A stretch of DNA of 29,156 nucleotides from an uncultured Planctomycetia bacterium (lineage in GTDB: Bacteria > Omnitrophota > Gorgyraeia > JAGLLT01 > CAZKQD01), in the NCBI GenBank assembly GCA_964596885.1, contig CAZQVU010000001.1:1-29156 (forward strand), written 5' to 3'. Made by a program: the position numbers and the translations under genes. How positions within the stretch are numbered: position 1 is the stretch's first letter; each line of letters opens with the position of its first letter. The notes beneath the pieces are model-generated. The model had not been told where the DNA came from. It saw only the letters and a list, made by a program, of their open reading frames with translations, and did not search any database. Positions 7,435 through 16,769 of this stretch are shown piece by piece.

Positions 7435-8282
7435 CTTTTATAATATTCTGATTTCTTTCTAACTATAGCCCAGATATCTGGTCCCCAGAATCTTTTGCAT
7501 ATTATTGAAATGATGTTACTTGATCCATCCTCACACCAGATTTTAAAATCAAAATCAAATGACTTAAGAAGTCTTTTTAAGGAAGTTGGGGACTGTTCAT
7601 TTATGTGCATATGAGGACTATAGTTATAATAATCTCTCCTGTAATATAAATCAAGATAAGACAAGATTCTTTTCAAAAAACTCCCTCCCTCGGGTGGGCT
7701 ATAAGATTTCTTTTTCCTCAATCTTTTAATTATAGTAGCAGGAATAGTAAAGAAACGCTTCAGAGGATATTCAAAGCGGATCCAGTTAATATTAGGAGCG
7801 GTGTGGATAATTATTCTTCCTCTTTCAGAAAGATGCTCCTTCAATTCGGAAAACAAATATTCAAGCTGGCTCTGAGTTAAGTGTTCGACGACATCTGTTA
7901 AAAAACAGCAGTCATACTTATCTTCTAATTTAAGTAAAGATATATCTTGATGCAAGAGTCTTGCTTTATCTTGTAAATCTTTCGGTAAGGTCTTTATTGC
8001 CTTTTTTGCTATCGATAGGGCAGCCTCAGAGTAGTCAATGCCCACAACAGATGAGGCACCCTTTAATAAAGAAAAGTATAAAAGTTCACCCCTTCCACAA
8101 CCTATATCTAAAACCCTTTCTCCCTCTTTTAATCCTGCAAGCCTAAAGACCTCAGCAAATCTATTATCTAAATTGCCTGAGGTAAGACTCTTTAAATACT
8201 CATCAAGAGAATCTCCAAATGCTTTAAGATAATAATGCTTTTTATAGATATCTGATTTAACCGGTTTGCTGGTCTTGCTCAT
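7431..8282 (-). CDS. Class I SAM-dependent methyltransferase, about 283 aa
   Basis: VLDIGCGRGE, VGIDYS, DVVEHL, IIIHTAPN, HINE. Start taken at ATG 8282 (MSKT) to minimise overlap; 8312 is the alternative. Confidence 0.85.
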   Translation of the reverse strand: MSKTSKPVKSDIYKKHYYLKAFGDSLDEYLKSLTSGNLDNRFAEVFRLAGLKEGERVLDIGCGRGELLYFSLLKGASSVVGIDYSEAALSIAKKAIKTLPKDLQDKARLLHQDISLLKLEDKYDCCFLTDVVEHLTQSQLEYLFSELKEHLSERGRIIIHTAPNINWIRFEYPLKRFFTIPATIIKRLRKKKSYSPPEGGSFLKRILSYLDLYYRRDYYNYSPHMHINEQSPTSLKRLLKSFDFDFKIWCEDGSSNIISIICKRFWGPDIWAIVRKKSEYYKR

Positions 8283-9042
8283 TTTGTTTTTTAAGTTGTC
8301 TATATTTAGCATAACTTAGAAATTGATAAAGTCCAGAGAAGACTGCTACTATTAAACCAATAAATCCATCTCTGAAGCCTTGTTTTATTATATAGGCTCT
8401 AAAAAACCTATCTACGGTTTTTCTCATTGCTCGCAGAAAACTCATCCTTCTTTTGTCGTTATACCATTTCTCTGCCTCTTTTGTCGTCTGATAATTAAGA
8501 CTGTTTAAAAAATGGGTTATATCAGGATATCCTCTATGTATTATATCGCCTCTTAGATGACCGCACTCACCTTCTAAAAATATCCTGGGATGAACTCCTA
8601 CCTCCTCATATCTAAACTTGTCCTTCCTGAATAATCTCACTTTAGCGGCTGGATACCAACCACCAAACCTGACCCAATAATCACCAATATAATTCTTAAG
8701 CGGAATAGAGAAGGCATTATATTTAGTATTAACAGATAAGGTTCTATCAATCTCGCTCTTTAACTCATCTGTTACAATCTCATCTGCATCTAAACTCAAA
8801 ACCCAATCGTTTTTACTTAAAGAATAGGCATAGTTTCTGTAACGGCCTTCAATATCCATCTTTTTAGTGTAAACCTTATCAGTATATCTTGTGGCGATTT
8901 CAACCGTTTTGTCTGTGCTCTCATCATCCAAGACTATTATTTCATCAGCCCAACCAGAGACTGATTTAAGACATTTATCTATGTTCTCCTCTTCATTTTT
9001 TGTGATAATGACAACTGACAATGGAATTTTTTTGCTTTCCAT
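8257..9042 (-). CDS. GT2 glycosyltransferase, WaaE/KdtX-like beta-glucosyltransferase subfamily, 261 aa
   Basis: LSVVIITKNEEENI, WADEIIVLDDESTDKT, WVLSLDADE, RLFRK, VH, DGFIGLIVA. Confidence 0.88.
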   Translation of the reverse strand: MESKKIPLSVVIITKNEEENIDKCLKSVSGWADEIIVLDDESTDKTVEIATRYTDKVYTKKMDIEGRYRNYAYSLSKNDWVLSLDADEIVTDELKSEIDRTLSVNTKYNAFSIPLKNYIGDYWVRFGGWYPAAKVRLFRKDKFRYEEVGVHPRIFLEGECGHLRGDIIHRGYPDITHFLNSLNYQTTKEAEKWYNDKRRMSFLRAMRKTVDRFFRAYIIKQGFRDGFIGLIVAVFSGLYQFLSYAKYRQLKKQNEQDQQTG

Positions 9043-9046
9043 TAGT

Positions 9047-10075
9047 CTATAACCCTCTAATATCTTTAAAGGAAGTTACCCTGGCTTTATGAAATACCCT
9101 CATAATTTTTAAAATCCTTCTTAATCTATCAGACTGTATTAATAATATATCGTATCTTTTCTTAATCCTCCTTATAATCCTGAAAAGACATTTTAATATA
9201 AACAATCTCCTATTATATAAAAGAGATTTGATATTTGAGTGATTTATATTCTTAATCTTAGCATTTTTCTCCTCTGCAATTATAATCCAGTTGCCTTTTC
9301 TTGCCAATCTTAAACACTCTTCTTTATCTCCATTACCTAAACCATCTCTTGCTTCTATAAAAATCCTCTTAGGCTTTCCCCATCTGCTATAAAAAATCTT
9401 CTGGTTCTCTTTAAACATTTTATTATGGTCTTTAAACTTAAGAAAGGAAGTACCTTCATAATGATAAACATAACTTGCTTTGCATCTGGCAATAGTAAAA
9501 CCTGCCTGGCTTGCCCTTCTCGAATAGTCGGTATCTTCAAAATAACCCCTTCCATATATCTCATCAAATACACCAATTTTATCAATAACCTCCCGCCTGA
9601 TGAACATACAGAAACCACTTGCCTGCGCCATCTCCTCAAACTGACCATGATATCTCTTTAATGACTGAGCATAATTGTCAATATCCTTTATATTTGTCTT
9701 TTGTCCCAAAGTATTGCTTGAAGGATTAAGAAGGCCTAAACCTGGATTCTCCAAAGCAAGATAGACAAGCTCATTGAGCCAGTCTTCTGTAACTAGTGTA
9801 TCATTATTTAAAAGACAGACAAAATCTGCCTTTGAATGTCTTAATCCTTGATTTGCCGCCTTTAGATAACCTAAGTTTTCTTCATTTCTGATGAGATTAA
9901 CTCTATCATTATATAAAGAGGTAAAATCCTTCAAGTATTGGGAGGTTTCAACATCGCTTCCATTATCAATTATAAGAAGTTCATAAGGGGCTTTTGTCTT
10001 TAAAATGATACTTTTCAGGCAGTCTTTTGTTCTTTTTAATTCATTCCAGACAATTACTACAATCTCAGACTTCAT
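9047..10075 (-). CDS. GT2 glycosyltransferase (WbbL/GT2-like) with C-terminal extension, 342 aa
   Basis: IIDNGS, NLGYLKAANQG, LLNNDT, GFCMFIRREVIDKIGVFDE, YFEDTDYSRR, VYHYEG; about 110 extra residues after RWGKP. Confidence 0.88.
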   Translation of the reverse strand: MKSEIVVIVWNELKRTKDCLKSIILKTKAPYELLIIDNGSDVETSQYLKDFTSLYNDRVNLIRNEENLGYLKAANQGLRHSKADFVCLLNNDTLVTEDWLNELVYLALENPGLGLLNPSSNTLGQKTNIKDIDNYAQSLKRYHGQFEEMAQASGFCMFIRREVIDKIGVFDEIYGRGYFEDTDYSRRASQAGFTIARCKASYVYHYEGTSFLKFKDHNKMFKENQKIFYSRWGKPKRIFIEARDGLGNGDKEECLRLARKGNWIIIAEEKNAKIKNINHSNIKSLLYNRRLFILKCLFRIIRRIKKRYDILLIQSDRLRRILKIMRVFHKARVTSFKDIRGL

Positions 10076-10941
10076 AGTTTTAAATCTCTAAACCTATCCT
10101 CATCCCATTGTCTAATTATAGCAAACATCTTGGACAGTCTATCTTTATAGGTATGATAATTGATTGCTAAATCATAGCCAGATCTGGCTATAGTCTCCCT
10201 TTCTCTATCGTTTTCTAGATAATATCGTATTAATCCAATCAACTCTTCTTTTGAGTTATAAACTATCAAGTGACGATTTTCAACAAATAACTCGCCAAAA
10301 CCATTATCCTTTATCCTATTTGTAAGAAGCATAGTGCCACAACTTAAAATCTCAAACATACGCATATTAATATCGTTATTCAGGGAGCAATTTAAACCTA
10401 TCTTTGAACTACTATAAATTTTACTCATCTCAGTATAATGAGCCTTGCCAATAAATGAATTAGGAAATTCTCTTTTAACAGTCAGGAGAATATCTTCCCT
10501 TAAACTCCCTTTACCACCAAATGAACCCACAAAACCCACATCATATCTCTTTTCAATGTTCTCTCTTTTGTGAATTTCGGGCTCACAGGCAAGAGGCAAC
10601 CAGAAAACCTTTCTCTTTAAATCCTGACTGAGTTTTTCAGCCCCTTCTTTCTGGCTTGCAAATACAAAATCATAATGTTTTGCTTGATGCAATATCTTCT
10701 TGTAAGGTTTTTTAAGATGGGTATCTATAGCCAAAAAGACGGCTGGATGTAGTCTCTTTGAAATATCAAATTTATAATCGCCGTGGTCTATCCTGAGATA
10801 TAAATCAAATCTCTCCCTTACCTTTTTAAAACCTTCAACCGGAAAGTGCTTAAACTCTAAATTGCTTTTTTTAAGCACTCTTTCAAAATAACATCCAGTA
10901 GTATCATCTCTATCCTTATTAAAAAGCAGGGCTATTCTCAT
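10072..10941 (-). CDS. CgeB-like GT-B glycosyltransferase (Glyco_trans_1_2 type), 289 aa
   Basis: WLPLACEP, YDVGFVGS, YSSSKIGLN, NMRMFEILSCG..LLT, ERETIARSG, HTYKDR. Confidence 0.82.
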   Translation of the reverse strand: MRIALLFNKDRDDTTGCYFERVLKKSNLEFKHFPVEGFKKVRERFDLYLRIDHGDYKFDISKRLHPAVFLAIDTHLKKPYKKILHQAKHYDFVFASQKEGAEKLSQDLKRKVFWLPLACEPEIHKRENIEKRYDVGFVGSFGGKGSLREDILLTVKREFPNSFIGKAHYTEMSKIYSSSKIGLNCSLNNDINMRMFEILSCGTMLLTNRIKDNGFGELFVENRHLIVYNSKEELIGLIRYYLENDRERETIARSGYDLAINYHTYKDRLSKMFAIIRQWDEDRFRDLKL

Positions 10942-10949
10942 AGCAGATA

Positions 10950-11756
10950 TTATAATTGTATATCGTATAATAATATACTAGCCGGACCAGCCTTAGTGTC
11001 TGCCTTGACCAAGATTGGTATTCTCTTTTTATTATCTGTAAACCAGATAGTTCCGCTTACCTCATGTCGGGTGGTGGCCTTAACCGGCCTTAAATGAAAA
11101 TATAATTTAATTGTTTTAATCCTGCCAAAAGGTGTTTTGAGTTCTTCCCTATCCTTTAACTGGACATAAAGAAATCTATCCCTTTTTCTGCTTTTTATAT
11201 TGATTTCATATCCCTCTTTCAACTTATCTATATCTAATAATCGTATAAGATACAAAGCACTAAGGGGATCCTGGGTATCAGGTAAGATTCTTATCTTCTC
11301 TCCCTCTATTGTAAGATAGAGGTCTTTTTGATTATAGAATACTTCTTTTTTATTTTTTCTATGTCCTCTTGCCTGAGACTCCTCTTTAAAATATAGTGAA
11401 TGCAGTCTATCTACATCCATATAAGAATGGAGGCTACCTTCTATCTCAAAAAATAATGAGACGAAGTCTGATGTCCTACCCCAGGCTAACAGATGATAGA
11501 CAAAACGATCTTTGTATCTTTTTATCTCCTCAACTCGAATAACTACCTTACCTGCAGGAAGACCTAAGTATCTAAGCGTATAAGCTATCTTCTCACCGGC
11601 TTTAAATGGTTCATCTAGTGACGAATGTAAGGTTGATTCAATTTGAGACTTATATTTTTTTGTGGCTAAATCCCAACCAAATAGTTGATAGAATATATAT
11701 AGACAGATAAAACCAATAATAAAAAATATAAAAAATTTAGTAATCTTATTTCTCAT
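10950..11756 (-). CDS. DUF3108-like exported protein with N-terminal membrane anchor, 268 aa
   Basis: N-terminal hydrophobic stretch; GEKIAYTLRYLGLPAG, TQDPLSALY, IWFTDNKKRIPILV resemble the DUF3108 pattern as recalled. Confidence 0.7.
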   Translation of the reverse strand: MRNKITKFFIFFIIGFICLYIFYQLFGWDLATKKYKSQIESTLHSSLDEPFKAGEKIAYTLRYLGLPAGKVVIRVEEIKRYKDRFVYHLLAWGRTSDFVSLFFEIEGSLHSYMDVDRLHSLYFKEESQARGHRKNKKEVFYNQKDLYLTIEGEKIRILPDTQDPLSALYLIRLLDIDKLKEGYEINIKSRKRDRFLYVQLKDREELKTPFGRIKTIKLYFHLRPVKATTRHEVSGTIWFTDNKKRIPILVKADTKAGPASILLYDIQL

Positions 11757-13525
11757 TTCGAATCCTCCAATTTAAACACCTTAATGTCTCCAAAGTCTTT
11801 AATTAGTATCAAATCAAGTTTTTTATCAAATTTATCAAGTTGCTTCTCAATTGCCAAACGGTAACTTTTTTCATATCTATCTAGATGCAGAATAACATAT
11901 CTAACTCCTAAACTCTTTAAGATTTCTGTTGCTTCAGGCTTAAGTATATCTCTAACCTTCTCGCTTATTGAATAAGCCTCAGTATCTGGCTGTGCTCCAT
12001 TTAATAACCTTTTTTTATGAACCCTTTGATAGAATAAATATTCAACATCATTACCTATAGGATACTCGGCTACGATCATATCATTATTCTGCTGCTTTAA
12101 CCATTTATAAACTTGAGGAATTCTACTCATATCTACTGTCTTAAAGGGTGGGAAGTTTATAAATTCAAAAATAAGAAAAATTATTAAACAGAAACTAACT
12201 ATCATTTTTTTCCAATTATTAGATAAGCACTCAATCAAAAATTTAAAACCGAAACCAGCCATAGCGCATAAAGCAAGCATAACTACTATTCCAAAACGTG
12301 CCCCATTACGAAAAAAAGGTGCAATCTTATAGACCCAATATGAAGGCAGATAGATGTTAGTATTCAAGATAATAAACTTAGGTGGAAGGGAAAACAAAAA
12401 AGCGACTATAGCTAAAGACACAAAGAATCCTAAGGTAAAATCATCCTTTTCTTTCTTTATTGCTTCTTTAATTATAGGCTTTTTTTGATTGTTCCAATAG
12501 CGGTATCCAAAAATTGAAAATAAAATAATACTAATCCCCAGATATAGACTATGCTCCTGCAGATTCTCTCCATAAAAGATTGAGCCTACAAGCCTCTGTG
12601 CAAAAGAACCAAAAAATGGATGATTGGCAGCAGGTAAAATATAATTAAATACTCTGGCAGCATAAATGTGGAGTTGACTTATTGGTCGCTCAGCCATTTG
12701 TCTCTGTAGCCAGGGCGTCAGCTGGCCTTCAAAAAAATATGACTTAAATATGGGGTAGATATATGGAAGGCACACTAAAACAGCAACCAGAATGCAAACA
12801 GATAGAAGAAGTATATTTTTTAATATTCCCACATTAGGTGTAAATATTGTCTCTCTTTTAATAAATAATTTCCTAAAAAATTTAAAAGCAAGAAATGTTA
12901 AGGCTGCAATCAGCATAAAATAGCCATAATATGTATCAGATAAAAGAGATAGAGCAAAAAATAATCCACATAATCCTGCACTGCTAAATGTCCTTTCATT
13001 ATGAAATTTAAACATAAAAAGAATAAAAAGCGGCATCCACTGAATATTAGCCAGGGTTATATGACAAGCATGAGCAAAGTGATATGGACAAAAAGAGAAT
13101 GCAAAACCAACTAAAAAAGAAGCCCATTTATTCTTGGTTAAATAATAGGATAGAAAATACATAGCTATGCCAGCTAATGGAAAGGTAAGAAATATTATAA
13201 AGTTATAAGCAAATATTTCATCTACTAAAACAGTTAAAATTAGAAGTGGGTAATTGGCAAAAGAAAGATTTATGTTTTTTGTTATATCCTTAGATAGATC
13301 TACGCCAAAAGGACTGGCTATAATAGGCACAAATTGCGGTGATAAATCATGCTGCCAGGCATATTTTACCCACCAGGCATACCATAAAGCCTCAAGTAGA
13401 TCCCCTTTATAATCATATATCTGAGATCGCATATTAATTATAAGGGGCCAGGTAAACAAAGCAGCCAATAATATAAATAATATAAAGATTATAATCTCGA
13501 ATTTAAACCTTCTTAAAAGACTCAT
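11753..13525 (-). CDS. Polytopic YfhO-like membrane protein, putative GT-C glycosyltransferase, 590 aa
   Basis: About 11-13 hydrophobic segments; acidic GD after TM1 then W..WW; FAFSFCPYHFAH, QWMPLF, FRNGARF; C-terminal soluble domain IPQVYKWL...EYP...LGVRYVILH. Confidence 0.7.
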   Translation of the reverse strand: MSLLRRFKFEIIIFILFILLAALFTWPLIINMRSQIYDYKGDLLEALWYAWWVKYAWQHDLSPQFVPIIASPFGVDLSKDITKNINLSFANYPLLILTVLVDEIFAYNFIIFLTFPLAGIAMYFLSYYLTKNKWASFLVGFAFSFCPYHFAHACHITLANIQWMPLFILFMFKFHNERTFSSAGLCGLFFALSLLSDTYYGYFMLIAALTFLAFKFFRKLFIKRETIFTPNVGILKNILLLSVCILVAVLVCLPYIYPIFKSYFFEGQLTPWLQRQMAERPISQLHIYAARVFNYILPAANHPFFGSFAQRLVGSIFYGENLQEHSLYLGISIILFSIFGYRYWNNQKKPIIKEAIKKEKDDFTLGFFVSLAIVAFLFSLPPKFIILNTNIYLPSYWVYKIAPFFRNGARFGIVVMLALCAMAGFGFKFLIECLSNNWKKMIVSFCLIIFLIFEFINFPPFKTVDMSRIPQVYKWLKQQNNDMIVAEYPIGNDVEYLFYQRVHKKRLLNGAQPDTEAYSISEKVRDILKPEATEILKSLGVRYVILHLDRYEKSYRLAIEKQLDKFDKKLDLILIKDFGDIKVFKLEDSK

Positions 13526-14703
13526 TTCATTTTCTTCTTCTGCATCAATAACATAACAATACCTAAAGCAAATATTGTCACCACTACCACAAAGATAATT
13601 TTCGGTATATTGCTATACGAAATCTTTTCGGTGGAATTGATTGATTGATTCTCTTTCTCTTCTTTTTCTTCTGATTCTTCTTCTAAAAAAGCAATATTCT
13701 TTCTTAACAAGGCTTCTTCCCATACGGGCTTAAAGCCTACACCTTCAAACTCTAACTTAACGAAATCATGCGTAATATCAATATTGCTAATCCAATTTAT
13801 ATTTTCTTTAGTAAAGGAACGACCAATAACCTCTGCAAAAAAATAGGCATCATCCTCTATGCTGGTAATATCAGCAGTAGACTTTGGAATAAATATAATC
13901 TTGCCACTTACCGCATCATTAGTCTCCAAATCAAAAGAAAGTCCTGCTGAATTAATTGACTCAGATGATAAAAGCAACCGCATACCTTCCTTTTCCTCCC
14001 ACCTGCGTAGGTTATCAGAAAACATCTTATCTTTGTTATTGGCAAAGATAAAAGCATCTCCTTTATTTAATATGCCCTCGAGTTTAACAAATTCCTCATT
14101 CTTAGAGACAGAATCAACCTCACCTCTGTATGTATCTATAGCCAGTCTAAGTTCCTTAGGGCTGGTAGCAATCAGGAAAAAGTCATCTATCTGGGTGTAG
14201 GCAGCCAAATCCTTTTGTCCATGAAAAGGTTCAAGTTTCTTATCCCGGTAGGTTATCCTATAACCCTCATAATTGACTTCTTTTAAGGGCTTTCTTTTCT
14301 TTATCAAAATATTTAGAGCCTCTCTGAAGATATCATCTTCGCCAGTTATCTTAATAATAACAATAAACTTAGAATAGATTGGTTCACCCTCTTCATTATA
14401 AGGTTTATCAGGTAAAAAAATGGCTCCGGCAATTGTCTTAAGAGGAAGTTCTGCATAAAGCTCTTTTATAGCCGTGTATTTCTCAGGATATTCTCTTATT
14501 TCAAAACGCTCTCTCCAGAGATTCATTACAAAAGAAAGGCCAGGATCATCAGGATTATTCTTAATCAAGATTATACCGTCTGACTCTGCAGGGAGAAACT
14601 TTAACTCTTCAATCTCAGAATAGACTACCTCAGTTAAACTTAAAACAATTAAAATGCAAACTCCTGTAATAATACAAAGTAACTTGCTATGACCCTTAAT
14701 CAT
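13522..14703 (-). CDS. Exported protein with N-terminal signal and C-terminal TM anchor, DUF3352-like, about 393 aa
   Basis: Signal-like MIKGHSKLLCIITGVCILIVLSL; EVNYEGYRI and YTQIDDFFLIATSPKELRLAID resemble DUF3352; acidic linker, TM, then QKKKMK. Start at ATG 14703 (GAGGAG upstream, overlaps the upstream stop). Confidence 0.65.
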   Translation of the reverse strand: MIKGHSKLLCIITGVCILIVLSLTEVVYSEIEELKFLPAESDGIILIKNNPDDPGLSFVMNLWRERFEIREYPEKYTAIKELYAELPLKTIAGAIFLPDKPYNEEGEPIYSKFIVIIKITGEDDIFREALNILIKKRKPLKEVNYEGYRITYRDKKLEPFHGQKDLAAYTQIDDFFLIATSPKELRLAIDTYRGEVDSVSKNEEFVKLEGILNKGDAFIFANNKDKMFSDNLRRWEEKEGMRLLLSSESINSAGLSFDLETNDAVSGKIIFIPKSTADITSIEDDAYFFAEVIGRSFTKENINWISNIDITHDFVKLEFEGVGFKPVWEEALLRKNIAFLEEESEEKEEKENQSINSTEKISYSNIPKIIFVVVVTIFALGIVMLLMQKKKMK

Positions 14704-15661
14704 CTTTTTCTCTCCTCTTTTTTGCCAATTCAAAATTCAAAACAATGTGACTATCTGACATTTTAACATTATAGTTAAATTGATAAAAATTTGCTTCAAA
14801 TACCCTCTTTAATATCTGAGAAACAAACCAGATATCTTTTCTGGCGTCTTTGAAATCAGTCTCTGGCTTGAAGATAAAATTGACCTCTCCTTTATTTATT
14901 CTATTTTTATAATCATTGGACAAGTAGATATAAACCTCATCTAAATTATCTATAGTCAGAAAAAAATTATAAGAGGTTTTCTCTAAAACTTTAGTCAGGT
15001 AATAATCTATTATACCAGTTTTATTGTCTATGTATATAAATAATGGTTTGCGATAGCGCTCATTTAAAAAATTCTTCAACCGATTCTCCTTTCGCTTGGT
15101 TATGTTAAAGCAATCAATTAGGCTGTGTAATCTTTCTTTAGACGTAGATAAGAAATATGTATCTTTATATTGGGCAAATGACTTAAAATCCTTCCCTTTA
15201 TCTAATTCAGTTCTATCCCAAATTAAAAACCCCTGTCTTTTAGTTAACTTATAATCTTTACTTATGCCCGGTCTATTTAAATATAAAAAGAGTGGAATCT
15301 CTGCAAAGCGAGTAAGTTTCTTTGATTTAATTAATAAGGTGTAGTCAAATTCCTCCTTTTGAGATTCATCAACCAGCACAATAAAAGAAAGTGGTGAAAA
15401 AAAATATCCTGCTACCTTAAGAACACATCTTGAAAGGCGTCCAATTAAAAACTTTTTTCCAAATCTAAAATTGATAATTTCATCAAATAGAGGGAAGCTC
15501 TCTTTGTCTAAATTAAATCTTAAGGCTACAAAATGTCCCTCAACAGAAATCTTGCCTAGATTCGCTTCTTCTTGCGGCAAAAAGCTCCAGATAAATATAA
15601 TGAATACAAAAACAATAATGATAAAGAAAACCAGACCAAAGATTCTCTTAATTAAACTCAT
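14696..15661 (-). CDS. Membrane-anchored exported protein, paralog of 13522-14703, 321 aa
   Basis: N-terminal TM; FAQYKDTYFLSTSKERLHSLID aligns with the neighbour's YTQIDDFFLIATSPKELRLAID; C-terminal halves also align by eye. Confidence 0.65.
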   Translation of the reverse strand: MSLIKRIFGLVFFIIIVFVFIIFIWSFLPQEEANLGKISVEGHFVALRFNLDKESFPLFDEIINFRFGKKFLIGRLSRCVLKVAGYFFSPLSFIVLVDESQKEEFDYTLLIKSKKLTRFAEIPLFLYLNRPGISKDYKLTKRQGFLIWDRTELDKGKDFKSFAQYKDTYFLSTSKERLHSLIDCFNITKRKENRLKNFLNERYRKPLFIYIDNKTGIIDYYLTKVLEKTSYNFFLTIDNLDEVYIYLSNDYKNRINKGEVNFIFKPETDFKDARKDIWFVSQILKRVFEANFYQFNYNVKMSDSHIVLNFELAKKRREKDD

Positions 15662-16764
15662 TCTTCTTTAAGGTATTCTTTCTCTTTAAAGAACTTTATT
15701 AATTTTAGAATTAGCCCGATTACTACAAAAAGAAAAGCCCAGTTTGCCAGTTGTTCTGAAATAATCTTCATATCGAGAATCAATAAAATAGCGCATACAA
15801 GAAGCAGAATAGCAAAAGTGCCAATAAAGATATCGGCATATAGATTATATCTGCCGAGGGTATTATCTCTTAACTGCCTCATCCTTAACTTAAATTTATC
15901 CTTCCTACCGTATTTAACCACCTGATAGATCTTACCTATAGAAATCGAGCTAATTAAAATTAGCCAGAAATCTAATTCATACCAAAAAAAAGTATAAGTT
16001 GATATGATTTTACTTATAAGATATAGGATGGAAAAAATTGAAATTGCTGGAAGATATGTCCAAAAATCAGATTTTATTATTGCAACTAACCTCTTATCAG
16101 TGATAGAGAAGAAGGCGATAGAGTATAAAAGCCATAGGCTTAAAAAACCAATTCCACCCCACAAACACAATTCCCAGTTAACTGGCTTGTTGCCGCGCTT
16201 AGCAAACCAACGAGTCGTTTCCCAGATTGTATATGCCCTCATAAAGACCAAATTTCTATTCTTATAGTTTTTTACCGTTAGTTTCTTAAAATCAGGTTTA
16301 GAATTAATCCTTTTTTTAATAAATACTAATTTATTCAACCCTTCTTTAGTTAATTCAACTGGTAAGATGAGACTTTTCTTAAGCCACACTCCAGTCTTTT
16401 CAGCCTTCAGATTGCCCAAATGATGCTCTCTACAATATACCTCAATAACTTGATCTGGGTTATGAAAACGAAGGATAAAATTGAGAACCAAACCATCTTT
16501 CTGGGGTGTATAAAAAATAAGGGTTGCTCTTTTTTCTTCCATTGAAACATAGAAGTCTTTATCTCTTCTGTTGCCCCAGCCAGTTAATAAATAAAACCTA
16601 TCAGTCTTTTCAGTTGGATAGAAATTATATGTCGCCTCAAATTTTATAAAATTGGATTCTACCATAGTTTGATAAAAAAAGATTAGCAAGAAACCAAATA
16701 TTACCGCTCCGATAATATAGAAAAGGAGGCTCTTATCTTCTATGAATTTCGCGAATATAGACAT
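15658..16764 (-). CDS. Membrane protein with an extracytoplasmic beta-rich domain and about 5 C-terminal TMs, 368 aa
   Basis: N-terminal TM; soluble domain LTGWG...KEGLNKLVF; multiple TMs ending ISEQLANWAFLF; ATG with AGGAG. Confidence 0.7.
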   Translation of the reverse strand: MSIFAKFIEDKSLLFYIIGAVIFGFLLIFFYQTMVESNFIKFEATYNFYPTEKTDRFYLLTGWGNRRDKDFYVSMEEKRATLIFYTPQKDGLVLNFILRFHNPDQVIEVYCREHHLGNLKAEKTGVWLKKSLILPVELTKEGLNKLVFIKKRINSKPDFKKLTVKNYKNRNLVFMRAYTIWETTRWFAKRGNKPVNWELCLWGGIGFLSLWLLYSIAFFSITDKRLVAIIKSDFWTYLPAISIFSILYLISKIISTYTFFWYELDFWLILISSISIGKIYQVVKYGRKDKFKLRMRQLRDNTLGRYNLYADIFIGTFAILLLVCAILLILDMKIISEQLANWAFLFVVIGLILKLIKFFKEKEYLKEE

Positions 16765-16769
16765 CTCTC

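Noticed and set aside
9355-9648. 97-aa - strand ORF in an alternate frame of the GT2
   Set aside because: Nested out-of-frame ORF with no supporting features.
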